A DNA stretch of 64,000 nt from a candidate division WOR-3 bacterium (lineage in GTDB: Bacteria > Hydrothermota > Tepidihabitantia > Tepidihabitantales > Tepidihabitantaceae), in contig CBFGJX010000001.1 of the NCBI GenBank assembly GCA_965649225.1, positions 160,406 through 224,405 of the forward strand. The letters are read 5' to 3'. The number at the start of each line of letters is the position of its first letter. The stretch's first letter is position 1. The position numbers were made by a program, and so were the translations under genes. Below, piece by piece: positions 8,731 to 19,224 of the stretch. Below the pieces are notes generated by a model. It was not told where the DNA came from. It saw nothing but the letters and a program-made list of their open reading frames with translations, and did no database searches.

Positions 8731-9290
8731 GTGTTCGGCAGTTCAGTCGCGCCGGCGCCAAGCAAGCGTTCGGCCAGCTCCCAGCCCAGTGCCAGCGCTT
8801 TGCGGTTCAGCTCCAGCGTCTGCGCCGGGGCACGATTCGCCAGCGCCGCCGCCAGCGAATCAAGTTTGACCAGCCGGCTCACCCGGGCCAGAGCACCCAA
8901 TGTCACGATATTGGTGAACAATTCGCGCCCCAGTTCCAGCCGAGCGGTCTCGGCCAGCGGCAGTCGAAGCGCATCCGGCCGCGGTACATTCTGGACATGG
9001 AAGCTGTCAACAATTGCGGTGCCCCGCACTTTCAGGTCAGCGAAGTACCTGTCCGCCGCCTGCTGGCTCAAGCAAACCAGCACGTCCAGCCGACGGCTCT
9101 TTGGATAGAGTATCGGTTTGTCGGAGATTATGACATCGGCCCGGGAGGCACCGCCTCTTGCCTCGGGTCCGTAACTCTGGGTCTGAACGACGAAGCGACC
9201 CTCATAGACCCCGGCCGCTTCGGCAAGAATCACACTGGCCAGTATCACGCCCTGGCCACCGGTTCCGGCAATTCTCGTCTCAACCGTCAC
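8727..9290 (-). CDS. korC: 2-oxoacid:ferredoxin oxidoreductase gamma subunit
   Basis: AGTGGQGV, QSYGPEARGGAS. Confidence 0.92.
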   Translation of the reverse strand: MTVETRIAGTGGQGVILASVILAEAAGVYEGRFVVQTQSYGPEARGGASRADVIISDKPILYPKSRRLDVLVCLSQQAADRYFADLKVRGTAIVDSFHVQNVPRPDALRLPLAETARLELGRELFTNIVTLGALARVSRLVKLDSLAAALANRAPAQTLELNRKALALGWELAERLLGAGATELPNT

Positions 9291-10143
9291 TCCGCTTTCC
9301 TTTCGCGCGGTCGCGGGCTCCCTGGTACAGCTCGGAGTATGGGGGAACTTCCTGACGGTCGTGCAGCACCCCGATTACCAGCCGGTCTGAAACCGCCCAC
9401 GGGTCCGCTACCTTGCTGACATCAACCGACCGGTCACGAATCCATTCCAGCATCTTGACAGCGTCGCCCAGACGCTGGTATCGACCGTAGAGCGTCGGGC
9501 ACTGAGAAATTATCTCGACAACGCTGAACCCCCGCTTGCTCAATGCCAGCCGTGCCATCTGCCGCAGATGCATCACATGGTAGGTGGTACTGCGGGCAAC
9601 AAACATCGCGCCGGTTGCCCGGGCAAGAAAACAGGTGTCAAAATCGCGTTCGACGTTACCGTAGGGTGCGGTTGCCGCCCGTTCGTTGGTCGGTGTCGTC
9701 GGCGAATACTGTCCACCGGTCATGCCGTAGGTGAAGTTGTTCAAAACAAATACCGTCAGGTCGATATTGCGTCGGGCGGCGTGAATGAAATGGTTGCCGC
9801 CGATCGCCAGCATGTCGCCATCACCACCGAATACAACCACCTTCATCCAGGGTTTGGCCAGCAACACGCCGGTTGCAGCCGGCAGCGCCCGGCCATGAAG
9901 GGTATGAAAAGTGTCGCAATCGAGATAGCCCGACACCCGGGACGAACAACCAATCCCCGAAACCACGCAGAGGTCGTCCTGTTTGATGCCAATATCCTGA
10001 ATCGCCCGAACAACCGTATTCATCGCCGTACCAATACCGCAGCCCGGACAAAGAATGTGCGGCAGTCGTTCATCAACGCGATAAAAGTCAAGCAACGGGC
10101 TCACCAGCCCCGGAGCGCTGACACGCGGATCTTCCCCTGTCAC
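9280..10143 (-). CDS. korB: 2-oxoacid:ferredoxin oxidoreductase beta subunit (TPP-binding)
   Basis: CPGCG, SGIGCS, HTLHGRA, GDGD, YGMTGGQYSPT. Confidence 0.94.
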   Translation of the reverse strand: MTGEDPRVSAPGLVSPLLDFYRVDERLPHILCPGCGIGTAMNTVVRAIQDIGIKQDDLCVVSGIGCSSRVSGYLDCDTFHTLHGRALPAATGVLLAKPWMKVVVFGGDGDMLAIGGNHFIHAARRNIDLTVFVLNNFTYGMTGGQYSPTTPTNERAATAPYGNVERDFDTCFLARATGAMFVARSTTYHVMHLRQMARLALSKRGFSVVEIISQCPTLYGRYQRLGDAVKMLEWIRDRSVDVSKVADPWAVSDRLVIGVLHDRQEVPPYSELYQGARDRAKGKRSDG

Positions 10144-11246
10144 AAAACCTCCACGATTTCTTCCGGGGTCAACATCTCGCCGTCGTAGCGCAGCACCGAT
10201 ACGACCGGTACATCCGGGCTGACACTTCGTTCAATTGTCCGCCGCAGCTGCCCCTGGTTCATCTCCGGCACGACGACGCGCCGGGCACTCCGCAGGTAGG
10301 ACTTCATCCGTTCGGTCGGAAAAGGCCAGACCATCCTTACCCGCAGTATCCCGACCCGGCGACCGGTCCGGTGCTCGAAGTAACGTTTGGCTTCGAGCGC
10401 CGAACGGGCGGCGCTGCCGTAGCAAACGATAATGGTCTCCGCACCAAGGTCCTCGTAAGTGACATCCCACAGCCAGGAACGATTGTCATCAATCTTGCGC
10501 CGCAGACGGTCGAGATTCCAGCGAATGATTTCAGGGTCGTCGGTCGGGAAGCCGTCTTTGCGATGGGTCAGGCCGGTCAGATGGATCCGGTAGCCTTCAC
10601 CGAAACTGGCAATCCGGGCATCATAGTTGTTGCTGTCGTCGTAGTGAAAATACTCGTCCGCCGGCGGTTTCGGGCTGGTCGGTTGCCAGAGCTCGACCGT
10701 CGCCGGCAACTCTACCGCCTCACGCATGTGACCAACGATTTCGTCCATCAGCACAATCACCGGTATCCGCAGTCGCTCGGACAGATTCACCGCCTCAACG
10801 GTCAGGTCGAAGCACTCGCGCACGCTCCAGGGACACAGTGCGACAATCGGATGGTCGCCGTGGGTACCGTGTCTGGCCTGCATCACATCGCCCTGGGCGG
10901 TCCGCGTTGGGGTACCGGTCGCCGGACCGCCCCGCATGACATTGACAACAACGCAGGGCAGTTCGGCCATGATTGAGTAGCCGATGCCTTCCTGCATCAG
11001 CGAAAAACCCGGCCCTGATGTCGCGGTCATTGCCTTCAATCCGGCTGCCGTCGCCCCGTTCATGCAGCAGATCGAAGCGATCTCGTCCTCCATCTGAATG
11101 AACGTCCCCCCGACCCGGGGCAGCTCGCGCGCCAGATACTCGGCAATTTCGGTCGAGGGAGTAATCGGGTAGCCGGCAAAGAAACGGACACCGGCTCGCA
11201 ACGCGCCGATCGCACAGGCCTCGTTTCCAGAAAGCAGCTCAACCAC
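10140..11246 (-). CDS. korA: 2-oxoacid:ferredoxin oxidoreductase alpha subunit
   Basis: SGNEA, GYPITPSTE, QMEDE, TATSGPGFSL; GTG start after GGGAGG. Confidence 0.94.
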   Translation of the reverse strand: MVELLSGNEACAIGALRAGVRFFAGYPITPSTEIAEYLARELPRVGGTFIQMEDEIASICCMNGATAAGLKAMTATSGPGFSLMQEGIGYSIMAELPCVVVNVMRGGPATGTPTRTAQGDVMQARHGTHGDHPIVALCPWSVRECFDLTVEAVNLSERLRIPVIVLMDEIVGHMREAVELPATVELWQPTSPKPPADEYFHYDDSNNYDARIASFGEGYRIHLTGLTHRKDGFPTDDPEIIRWNLDRLRRKIDDNRSWLWDVTYEDLGAETIIVCYGSAARSALEAKRYFEHRTGRRVGILRVRMVWPFPTERMKSYLRSARRVVVPEMNQGQLRRTIERSVSPDVPVVSVLRYDGEMLTPEEIVEVL

Positions 11247-11514
11247 CGTCGGCCTCCCGCGGTTGGGAATCCTTGCGCGACTGCCGCTGGACAAAAACCG
11301 CCGCATCCGGACAGCGCAGCTCACACATCCGGCAGCCGACGCAACGCTCCGGATGGGCAACCGTCACCTTATAGCGGTCATCCAGTGCCAGGGTTTGAGT
11401 CGGACAAAACGCAACACAGATTGAGCAGCCCTTGCAGAATCGTCGCAGGATCGTAAACCGGTGACCTTTGGGGGTAACCAGGTCTACCGGCTTTTCGAGC
11501 AGAAACTTCTTCAC
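11239..11514 (-). CDS. korD: 2x[4Fe-4S] ferredoxin-type delta subunit
   Basis: CKGCSICVAFCP and CVGCRMCELRCP. Confidence 0.9.
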   Translation of the reverse strand: MKKFLLEKPVDLVTPKGHRFTILRRFCKGCSICVAFCPTQTLALDDRYKVTVAHPERCVGCRMCELRCPDAAVFVQRQSRKDSQPREADGG

Positions 11515-11646
11515 TTAATACTCCGGCATCGCTGGCTGAGCGAAGACAGCCAGCCGAAGCGCTCGCAACTTGCCATCCGTCATCGCTACCACTGCCCGCC
11601 TCCGGTCAAACAAGGCACGGGCAGGCAGCAATGGACACTTCTGCCA

Positions 11647-13140
11647 TCAGTAATCCGCGTTGTCAATCTGAGCCTTCTGCAAGGCACCGGAATAGTCAAT
11701 ATAGACCGTCTTGGGCTCCGAGAAAATCTCATAAGCCGTCCAGCCACCTTCGCGATGACCATTGCCGGTGTCCTTCACGCCACCGAAAGGCAGGTGGCAC
11801 TCCGCCCCGATCGTCGGCGCATTGACATAGGTGATACCGGCTTCGATCAACTCGATTGCCTTCATTGCCAGATTGACATCACGGGTATAAATTGAAGACG
11901 ACAGCCCGTAGCGCGTGTCGTTGAGGACGCGCACCGCCTCGTCAAAGTCCTTAACCTTGATTACCGACAACACCGGCCCGAAGATCTCCTCCTTGGCAAT
12001 CCGCATTGCCGGGGTCACGCCAACGAAGATCGTCGGCTGGTAGAAGAAACCGCGGGCAAAAGCCTCGCCCCGCTTCGGCCCGCCGCCACAAGCCAGTCGG
12101 GCTCCTTCCGACTTGCCGATTTCGACATAACCGTGGACGCTCTGCCGCTGTGCCTCACTGACGCAGGGGCCCATCTCAATCCGTTCGTCCAAGCCGTTAC
12201 CGACTCGAATCCGCTTCGCCCTTGCCACAAGCATTTCAACGAACCGGTCGTGAATACCCGCCTGCAGTATCAGTCGGGACGTGGCGGTGCAGCGCTGGCC
12301 GGTCGTCCCGAAGGCTCCCCAGATAACACCTTCCAGTGCCAGTTCGAGATCGGCATCATCAAGCACAATCTGGGCATTCTTGCCACCCAGCTCCAGCGAA
12401 CACCGTTTCAGATTGCGACCGGTAACCTCGGCGATGTGACGGCCAACCTCGGAAGAGCCGGTGAAAGATATGCCACAGACATCGGGATGATCAAGCAGCG
12501 CTTCACCGACCGCACTGCCCGTACCATAGACCACATTCACAACGCCGTCTGGCACGCCGGCCTCGGCCAGTGCGGCAACAAACTCGTGTACCGATGCCGG
12601 CGTCAGTGTTGCCGGCTTGATTACGGCGGTATTGCCGCAGACCAGTGCCGGAAACAGCTTCCAGGACGGAATCGCCATCGGGAAATTCCACGGGCAGATC
12701 ATGCCCCAGACACCCATCGGCTGACGGCTGACCCAGGCATATTTGTTGGGCAGTTCACTGGGCACAACCTTGCCCCAGAGCCGGCGACTTTCCCCGGCGG
12801 CATAGAGGCCGGTATCAATTGCCTCCTGGACATCGCCTCGGGTCTCTTTGAGCACCTTGCCCATTTCCCGGGTCATCAACCGGGCACAGGCCTCCTTTCG
12901 ACTGATCAGAATCTCGGTGGCGCGGCGCATTATCTCGCCCCGGGCCGGTGCCGGCATCGCCCGCCATTTCGGATACGCTTTCTTTGCCGCCGCCACTGCC
13001 GCCGCGACGTCATCCGGTCCGGAGGCCGGGAATACCCCGATCAAATCCGATGTATCGGCCGGGTTGCGGTTTTCGTAGGTCTTGCCCGACTTTGCCGGCA
13101 GATACTTGCCGTTGATGAAATTGTAGTAACGCTTGGCCAT
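11647..13140 (-). CDS. Aldehyde dehydrogenase (semialdehyde dehydrogenase-like; substrate unknown)
   Basis: [42 protein letters not shown]. Confidence 0.93.
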   Translation of the reverse strand: MAKRYYNFINGKYLPAKSGKTYENRNPADTSDLIGVFPASGPDDVAAAVAAAKKAYPKWRAMPAPARGEIMRRATEILISRKEACARLMTREMGKVLKETRGDVQEAIDTGLYAAGESRRLWGKVVPSELPNKYAWVSRQPMGVWGMICPWNFPMAIPSWKLFPALVCGNTAVIKPATLTPASVHEFVAALAEAGVPDGVVNVVYGTGSAVGEALLDHPDVCGISFTGSSEVGRHIAEVTGRNLKRCSLELGGKNAQIVLDDADLELALEGVIWGAFGTTGQRCTATSRLILQAGIHDRFVEMLVARAKRIRVGNGLDERIEMGPCVSEAQRQSVHGYVEIGKSEGARLACGGGPKRGEAFARGFFYQPTIFVGVTPAMRIAKEEIFGPVLSVIKVKDFDEAVRVLNDTRYGLSSSIYTRDVNLAMKAIELIEAGITYVNAPTIGAECHLPFGGVKDTGNGHREGGWTAYEIFSEPKTVYIDYSGALQKAQIDNADY

Positions 13141-13153
13141 CAATCCTCCTGCA

Positions 13154-13609
13154 TCACAATTTGCTCTTCTGCCGCCCGCCGACAACAAGTTCAACCGCCG
13201 CGGCCGGCGACAACACCTTTTCGACACCCTCGATCGCCCAGGTTTCCAGGCCGGCCACCCGCCGCCCTGCCTTCAATGCGAAACCGATTTCCGACAAAGT
13301 TCCATACGACCCACCCACCGCCACCAGCGCGTCGGCGGTTTTGATAATCACCAGATTACGCGCCTCACCGAGACCGGTGGCAACTGCGATACTGACCCAG
13401 GGATTGGCTTCACCCCGATCCGACCCGGGCAGGATGCCGACGGTGAGACCACCGGCGGCCTGCGCACCGCGGCACGCTGCCGCCATCACCCCGCCACCAC
13501 CGCCACAGACCAGCACGGCGCCGGCTTCGGCCAGCCGGCGACCGACTTCCTCGGCCAAAGCTGCCAGCCGCTCATCACACTCACCGGCTCCAATGACTCC
13601 AATGTACAT
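13154..13609 (-). CDS. TIGR00725 / LOG-family Rossmann-fold protein
   Basis: IGVIG, VCGGGGGVM, GILPG, ARN, GSYGTLSEI. Confidence 0.88.
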   Translation of the reverse strand: MYIGVIGAGECDERLAALAEEVGRRLAEAGAVLVCGGGGGVMAAACRGAQAAGGLTVGILPGSDRGEANPWVSIAVATGLGEARNLVIIKTADALVAVGGSYGTLSEIGFALKAGRRVAGLETWAIEGVEKVLSPAAAVELVVGGRQKSKL

Positions 13610-13613
13610 CCGG

Positions 13614-15368
13614 CTACCCGTCGACAAACAACGATACCGTCTTGAAACTCTGCACATCAACCAGCCCGTGGTCGGTGAGCTTCAGCGCCGGAATCACCGG
13701 CAGGGCCAGAAACGACAGCGTGATGAATGGATTGTGAACCCGGCAGCCCCAGACGCGAACCTTGGCCAGCAGCCGCGTCAGTTCATCAACCACCTGTGGC
13801 GCCGGCTGGTCGGACATCAACCCGGCCACAGGCAACGCCAGGCTTGCTGCAATCTCACCGTCGGCAACCGCAACAAAACCACCGCCCATCTTCACCAGTG
13901 CACGCGCCGCCTTCAGCATGTCGCCGTCGTTGGTACCAACGATAATCAGATTGTGCGAATCATGCGCGACACTGGTTCCCAGCGCTCCCTTTTTCAGTCC
14001 GAAACCCGAAACCAGTCCGAGGCCGATTCGTCCGCTTCGCCGGTGCCGTTCCACCACCGCCAGTTTGAGCAGGTCACGCTCCGGATCGGCCTGAACAAAA
14101 CCCCGTTCGATCCTGGGCTGAACGGTAACCGACTCGGTGATAATTTGTTCCGGTACGAGTCGAATCGCCCGACAGAGCTGTCCGCGTGCCGGTATCGCAA
14201 AACTCCTGGCCGTCAAAGGTCTGATTTTGACCGTACCGGTCACCCCGCGCCCCCTGACCATCGGGATGTTGACCAACACTTTGCGCTCACGCGCAACCAG
14301 TCGTCCGTCCTTGAAAACCATTCTGACGTCGAACCGAGGGAGGTCACCGATAACGGTCAGGTCGGCGCGTCTCCCCGGCGCCACTGCACCCCGGTCGTTC
14401 AGCCCGAAGTAGCACGCCGGATTGATGGTGGCAAGCTGGATTGCCGCCGCCGGCTGCATTCCCATCGCCTCAGCCTTGCGCAGCACGGCATCAATGTGAC
14501 CGTAACGCAGCAGCTCTTCAGGGTGTTTGTCGTCGCTGACGAACATGCAGCGGTGGCGATTGAAGTCATTCACTGCCGGCAACAGCGCGGTGAGGTTTTT
14601 GGCTGCCGACCCCTCGCGCACCATCAACCACATTCCGGCGCGCAGTTTCTCGGTCGCCTCCTGAGGTCCGACCGACTCGTGGTCCGAACCAATCCCGGCC
14701 GCAGCATAAGCCTGGAGCAATTGTCCAACCACGCCCGGGGCATGGCCATCAACCACCCTCCGCCGCGCCCGTGCCGCGGCAATCTTCGCCAGAACTTCAC
14801 GGTCCCCGAAAACCACGCCGGGATAGTTCATCACCTCAGCCAGCCCGATGACACGCTCTGAACGCAGCAATGCTTTCACCTCAGCCACACCGAGCCTGGC
14901 GCCGGCAGTTTCAAGTCCGGTCGCCGGCACACACGACGGTGCCAGGAAAAAGAAATCGAGCGGCAGGCCGGCCGTCTGCTCAATCAACCAGCGGACGCCG
15001 GCAACCCCCAGGACATTGGCGATTTCGTGCGGGTCACAAACAACCGTGGTCGTCCCGTGACCGAGTGCGAGCCGGCAAAACTCGCCCGGAGCGAGCAGCG
15101 AACTCTCAATGTGGATATGACCATCGATAAAGCCCGGGGCGATGTACATACCGGCAACTTCGACCCGCTCGGCCGCCTTGGTGTACTCGCGGCCGACTCC
15201 GGCGATAAATTCGTCGCAAACGGCAACATCGGCCCGGACGACTTCGCCGGTAAAAACGTTGACAACCTCGCCGCCCGCAAGCAGCAGGTCGGCCGGTGCG
15301 TCGCCCCGCGCAACCGACAAAAGCCGGGAAAAACTCGGCGCGTTCTTTTGCCGCGGCTGCGCCGTCAC
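13614..15368 (-). CDS. ade: Adenine deaminase
   Basis: PGFIDGHIHIESS, DPHEIANV, EVMNYPGV, DGHAP, REGSAAKN, SDDKHP, AHDSHN. Start approximate. Confidence 0.94.
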   Translation of the reverse strand: MTAQPRQKNAPSFSRLLSVARGDAPADLLLAGGEVVNVFTGEVVRADVAVCDEFIAGVGREYTKAAERVEVAGMYIAPGFIDGHIHIESSLLAPGEFCRLALGHGTTTVVCDPHEIANVLGVAGVRWLIEQTAGLPLDFFFLAPSCVPATGLETAGARLGVAEVKALLRSERVIGLAEVMNYPGVVFGDREVLAKIAAARARRRVVDGHAPGVVGQLLQAYAAAGIGSDHESVGPQEATEKLRAGMWLMVREGSAAKNLTALLPAVNDFNRHRCMFVSDDKHPEELLRYGHIDAVLRKAEAMGMQPAAAIQLATINPACYFGLNDRGAVAPGRRADLTVIGDLPRFDVRMVFKDGRLVARERKVLVNIPMVRGRGVTGTVKIRPLTARSFAIPARGQLCRAIRLVPEQIITESVTVQPRIERGFVQADPERDLLKLAVVERHRRSGRIGLGLVSGFGLKKGALGTSVAHDSHNLIIVGTNDGDMLKAARALVKMGGGFVAVADGEIAASLALPVAGLMSDQPAPQVVDELTRLLAKVRVWGCRVHNPFITLSFLALPVIPALKLTDHGLVDVQSFKTVSLFVDG

Positions 15369-15372
15369 CGCC

Positions 15373-15933
15373 CTAGTCTTCTGTCGGCTCGACATAACCA
15401 ATGTAGGGCAGATTCCGCCAACGCTCGGCATGGTCGGCACCATAGCCAACGACAAACCGGTCGGGCACCGTAAACCCGACGTAGTCGGCGTTGATTTCGG
15501 TCCGCCGCCGGGCCGGCTTGTCCATCAACACTGCAATCCGGAGACTGCGGGGCCGCCGCAAACGCAGATTGTCGACGATGTAACGGAGTGTCAGCCCGGA
15601 ATCAAGGATATCCTCGACGACCAGTACGTCCCGGTTTTCCAGCGGACACTTGAGGTCAAGCACTATCTTGACAACCCCGGAGGTCCTCGTGCTGACGCCG
15701 TAGCTCGAAACGGTCATGAAATCGATATAAACCGGAATCGTCAGCTGTCGCACGAGGTCGGCAAGAAAAATCCACGACCCTTTGAGAATACCGACAACCA
15801 GCAGTTCCCGGCCGGCATAGTCGGCCGATATCTGTCCGGCGAGCTCGGCAACCCGCCGCGCGACCTGCTCCGCCGAAAAAAGCACGGCCGGCAACGCGTC
15901 CGGCTTCTGATTCAGGTCTGACACGGGTGACAC
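15373..15933 (-). CDS. hpt: Hypoxanthine phosphoribosyltransferase
   Basis: GILKGS, VSSYG, VLVVEDILDSGLT, FVVGYG, RNLPYIG. Confidence 0.95.
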   Translation of the reverse strand: MSPVSDLNQKPDALPAVLFSAEQVARRVAELAGQISADYAGRELLVVGILKGSWIFLADLVRQLTIPVYIDFMTVSSYGVSTRTSGVVKIVLDLKCPLENRDVLVVEDILDSGLTLRYIVDNLRLRRPRSLRIAVLMDKPARRRTEINADYVGFTVPDRFVVGYGADHAERWRNLPYIGYVEPTED

Positions 15934-15942
15934 AGGGCTGAA

Positions 15943-16016
15943 TCGGGGCGACTGGATTTGAACCAGCGACCTCTTGGTCCCGAACCAAGCGCGCTAGCCA
16001 GCTGCGCTACGCCCCG
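15943..16016 (-). tRNA. tRNA-Pro (anticodon CGG)
   Basis: CGGGGCGTAGCGCAGCTGGCTAGCGCG-CTTGG TT CGG GA CCAAG-AGGTCGCTGGTTCAAATCCAGTCGCCCCGA; CCA not encoded. Confidence 0.96.
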
Positions 16017-16066
16017 GGCTGCAGTCGCGCAGTCGTCGAAGAACCAGACTGCGACTGACCGTGCAC

Positions 16067-16094
16067 ATCTTAGGGCAAAACACCCGGCAGTCAA
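16067..16094 (-). promoter_or_regulatory. Promoter for tRNA-Pro-hpt-ade
   Basis: TTGACT-N16-TAAGAT. Confidence 0.6.
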
Positions 16095-16750
16095 CCCCGA
16101 CTCAGTTGACCGGAACTACCTCCGCTCCGAACGAAGGGCACAAAAGCCACCGGCATCAGCGACCGCTGCACCAGCCGGTTGGCATGTTTGACGGCCAGCA
16201 TCAGCATCTGGCAACCTTCGCCGGCGACCGGTAACACCATCCGTCCCCGGTCGGCGAGCTGGTTGACCAGCTCACGGGGCATGGCGTCGGCCGCGGCAGT
16301 GACAATGATCCGGTCAAAAGGCGCCTGTTCCGGCCAGCCCCGATGACCGTCGCCGATTCGAAACCGGACATTGTTGATCCCCAGTGCCGCCAGCAACTGT
16401 CGGGCCTGGTGTGAAAGTGCCGGTATCAGCTCAACGGTATAGACCATGCCCGCCAGCGAACAAAGCACTGCCGTCTGATAGCCCGAACCGGTGCCAATCT
16501 CCAGCACCCGATGCTCAGGAGCCACCTGCAGCGCTTCGGTCATTGCCGCGACGATGTACGGCTGAGAAATCGTCTGACCGTAGCCGATCGGCAACGGATG
16601 GTCTTCATAAGCACAATGCCGCTGTGCTTCGGGCACGAACAGATGACGCGGCACCGCGCGCATCGCCGCCAGCACCCGCGGGTCCCGCACCCCGCGTGCC
16701 GCAATCTGCTCGTTCACCATCGCGTTGCGGGCAACAACCTGATCGACCAC
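16091..16750 (-). CDS. pcm: Protein-L-isoaspartate O-methyltransferase
   Basis: VPRHLFV, GQTISQPY, VLEIGTGSGYQ, APFDRIIVTA. Confidence 0.95.
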   Translation of the reverse strand: MVDQVVARNAMVNEQIAARGVRDPRVLAAMRAVPRHLFVPEAQRHCAYEDHPLPIGYGQTISQPYIVAAMTEALQVAPEHRVLEIGTGSGYQTAVLCSLAGMVYTVELIPALSHQARQLLAALGINNVRFRIGDGHRGWPEQAPFDRIIVTAAADAMPRELVNQLADRGRMVLPVAGEGCQMLMLAVKHANRLVQRSLMPVAFVPFVRSGGSSGQLSRG

Positions 16751-16806
16751 GCGTCAGTATAATCCTGCGGTTCGCCCGGTCAAACGCCCGCTCCCGGGGG
16801 CATTCC

Positions 16807-16834
16807 TTGACACTTCTGACAGTCCTCTTATAAT
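16807..16834 (+). promoter_or_regulatory. Promoter for the rpmH operon
   Basis: TTGACA-N16-TATAAT. Confidence 0.8.
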
Positions 16835-16854
16835 GCCCGCGAGGTTAAAAACAC

Positions 16855-16992
16855 ATGCCCAAAAGGACATACCAGCCATCAAGAATCAGCCGCAAGCGCA
16901 CGCATGGCTTTCGCGCCCGAATGCGCACACCGGGCGGCCGGGCTGTCATTCGACGCCGCCGGGCCAAAGGACGCAAGCGTCTGAGCGTATGA
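16855..16992 (+). CDS. rpmH: 50S ribosomal protein L34
   Basis: Not in the ORF track: [45 protein letters not shown]. Confidence 0.97.
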   Translation: MPKRTYQPSRISRKRTHGFRARMRTPGGRAVIRRRRAKGRKRLSV

Positions 16993-17373
16993 ATGGCCGA
17001 AACCCTGAAACGGAGCGAGATTCTGCGCCGGCGCACCGACATCACCCGGGTTTTGACCGCTCGCCGTATCGGCGACGCGGTGCTGTCGCTCCGCTGCTGT
17101 CCGTCAACAGCTAGTTCCGCTGTCGCGTCTTCCGATATGCCACCACGCCGGGTGGCGTTTCTGATTTCGCGCGGCCTGCCTGGCGCGGTTCAACGCAACC
17201 GGCTGAAACGCCGTCTGCGCGAAATCTACCGCCGGAACAAGTCCTGGTTTCCGGCCGGCTGCGACTGTGTTATCCAGGCCGGACCCCGGGCAGCGGAACT
17301 CGATTACAAGCAACTGCAGGAATTGCTGGCCGCTCTCGGCCGCCGGGCAACTGATGTTCAAACTTGCAGTTAA
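16993..17373 (+). CDS. rnpA: Ribonuclease P protein component
   Basis: [13 protein letters not shown] motif; position after rpmH. Confidence 0.92.
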   Translation: MAETLKRSEILRRRTDITRVLTARRIGDAVLSLRCCPSTASSAVASSDMPPRRVAFLISRGLPGAVQRNRLKRRLREIYRRNKSWFPAGCDCVIQAGPRAAELDYKQLQELLAALGRRATDVQTCS

Positions 17374-17608
17374 GCTGCTGATCCGACTGTATCAGTTGAC
17401 GCTGGGCACGGTGTTGCCACCGGTCTGTCGGTACACACCCAGCTGTTCCCAGTACGCCATCGAAGCAGTCGAACGTTATGGCGCCCTTACCGGTTCCTGG
17501 CTTGCCCTGCGCCGGCTCCTGCGTTGTCATCCGTTTTCCCCCGGCGGCCCCGACCCGGTACCGGAAGTCTGCGGCCGTAAACGATGTCCTGCTCGCGGAG
17601 ACCAATGA
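17354..17608 (+). CDS. yidD: Membrane protein insertion efficiency factor
   Basis: [25 protein letters not shown]. Confidence 0.95.
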   Translation: MFKLAVKLLIRLYQLTLGTVLPPVCRYTPSCSQYAIEAVERYGALTGSWLALRRLLRCHPFSPGGPDPVPEVCGRKRCPARGDQ

Positions 17609-19224
17609 AAGACGACACTTTTCGCACCGTCATCGGCTTTGCCCTGATCCTTTTGATACTGGTTGGCTGGCAGATGCTGTTCCGTCCCCGACCGCGGCCC
17701 GTAGTGCCGGCGGCACCGGCGACAGAACCAGCCCCGGTTGAGAGTGCCCCGACTCCGCCAAAAGCTGCCCCCGCTGCAATCCTGCCCGAAACCGGACAGC
17801 CTGCCGCCAGACCGCAACCAGCGTTCCGGGAAACGACCTATGTGCTCGAAAACGCCCGCCTGCGGCTCGAAATCTCGTCGCTTGGTGGTGCTGTCCGGTC
17901 GGCCCGGCTCAAGCGCTACGATGCCGAGCTCGTTCCTGACGGCGCCGCCCTCTTTGGTCTGGGCCTGCTGACCCCGGCCGGCTATCTGCCGCCGGACCTG
18001 CTGCCGATGGACGCAGTAGTAGACGATACATCACTGGTCCTGAACTACTCCAGCGGGGAAATAACCCTGACCCGCACCCTGACACTGACTGAGGACTACC
18101 AGCTCGAAGACCGGCTGCAGCTGAATGGCACCGCCGGCATCGTCGTCGACGCCACCGCCGGCCTGGCCATCACCGAAAAAGACATCCGCGAGGCACTCGC
18201 CCACTACCACTACTATCGGAAAACCAGGCAGAAACTTCACCAGCTGCAGGCCGGCCGGCTCAAAAAACCCGATACCGGTCACGACTCGATGATCTGGGTC
18301 GGTCTGAAATCGAAATACTTCCTCGGCGCAGTCGCTGCCGATGGTGTTACCTTTGACTCGGTCTGGGCCTCGGCACTGCCCGACCACCGGGCCGGCTTCA
18401 GCGCAGTCATCAGCCGACCGGCTGCCGACACCCGTTTGCGCTTCTTCTTCGCCCCGCTGGAGATTGACCTGCTCCGCTCCTACCGGCTGGGCATGGAACA
18501 AGTTGTCGGGCTGGGCTGGACCCGGCCAATCGCGCTGGCAATGCTCTGGCTACTCAAATTCCTCTATCGGATTCTGAGCAACTGGGGGCTGGCGATTGTC
18601 GTCTTCTCAATAATGATGAAGGCGCTGTTCTGGCCGCTGACCCGCACCCAGACCCGTCAGATGCGCCAGATGCAGTTGCTCCAACCCAAACTCAACGAGC
18701 TGAAAGTCCGCTACAAGAACGACCCCCAGAAGCTCAACGCCGAGACGATGCAGCTTTACAAATTGTACCGGGTCAACCCGTTGTCTGGTTGTCTGCCGCT
18801 TTTGGTCCAGCTGCCGGTCTTCTGGGCGCTTTACGCCGTGCTCCGCAACTCGATTGACCTGCGCGGCGCAGCGTTTGTTCTGTGGCTGAACGACCTTTCC
18901 CGCCCCGACGCTCTCTTCGGCCATCTGCCCAACGGGCTTCCTTTTGTCGGCGGCGCCGCTTTCGGAGTCCTGCCCCTGCTGATGGGTGTGTCATTCATCG
19001 CCCAGAATCTCATTACCTCCACCGACAAACGCAACTGGGCAATGACGGTCATCTTCCCGGTCTTCATTACCCTGATATTTCTCAACATGCCCAGCGGACT
19101 CCAGCTCTACTGGTTCATGTATAATATTCTCTCAATCATTGAAACTGTCATCGGCACCAAAGGAGTCGGTCTATGGCAACGGAAAACCAGGACGGCAACC
19201 GCCCCACCGGCGAACCCGAACTAA
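17605..19224 (+). CDS. yidC: Membrane protein insertase YidC
   Basis: N-terminal TM and periplasmic domain; [26 protein letters not shown]. Confidence 0.95.
   Translation: MKDDTFRTVIGFALILLILVGWQMLFRPRPRPVVPAAPATEPAPVESAPTPPKAAPAAILPETGQPAARPQPAFRETTYVLENARLRLEISSLGGAVRSARLKRYDAELVPDGAALFGLGLLTPAGYLPPDLLPMDAVVDDTSLVLNYSSGEITLTRTLTLTEDYQLEDRLQLNGTAGIVVDATAGLAITEKDIREALAHYHYYRKTRQKLHQLQAGRLKKPDTGHDSMIWVGLKSKYFLGAVAADGVTFDSVWASALPDHRAGFSAVISRPAADTRLRFFFAPLEIDLLRSYRLGMEQVVGLGWTRPIALAMLWLLKFLYRILSNWGLAIVVFSIMMKALFWPLTRTQTRQMRQMQLLQPKLNELKVRYKNDPQKLNAETMQLYKLYRVNPLSGCLPLLVQLPVFWALYAVLRNSIDLRGAAFVLWLNDLSRPDALFGHLPNGLPFVGGAAFGVLPLLMGVSFIAQNLITSTDKRNWAMTVIFPVFITLIFLNMPSGLQLYWFMYNILSIIETVIGTKGVGLWQRKTRTATAPPANPN

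Noticed and set aside
13161..14861. 566-aa plus-strand ORF and other long antisense ORFs (321-1205, 12133-13344, 25824-27383, 30765-32024, 35741-36880, 52848-54128, 58633-59757)
   Set aside because: Shadow frames opposite well-supported genes in GC-rich DNA, with no recognisable motifs.
15900..16016. tRNA-Pro as an island boundary
   Set aside because: Flanked by housekeeping genes hpt and pcm; no att repeat noticed.
16800..16860. oriC or dnaA expected next to rpmH
   Set aside because: The divergent gene is pcm, and I saw no DnaA-box cluster or AT-rich unwinding element.
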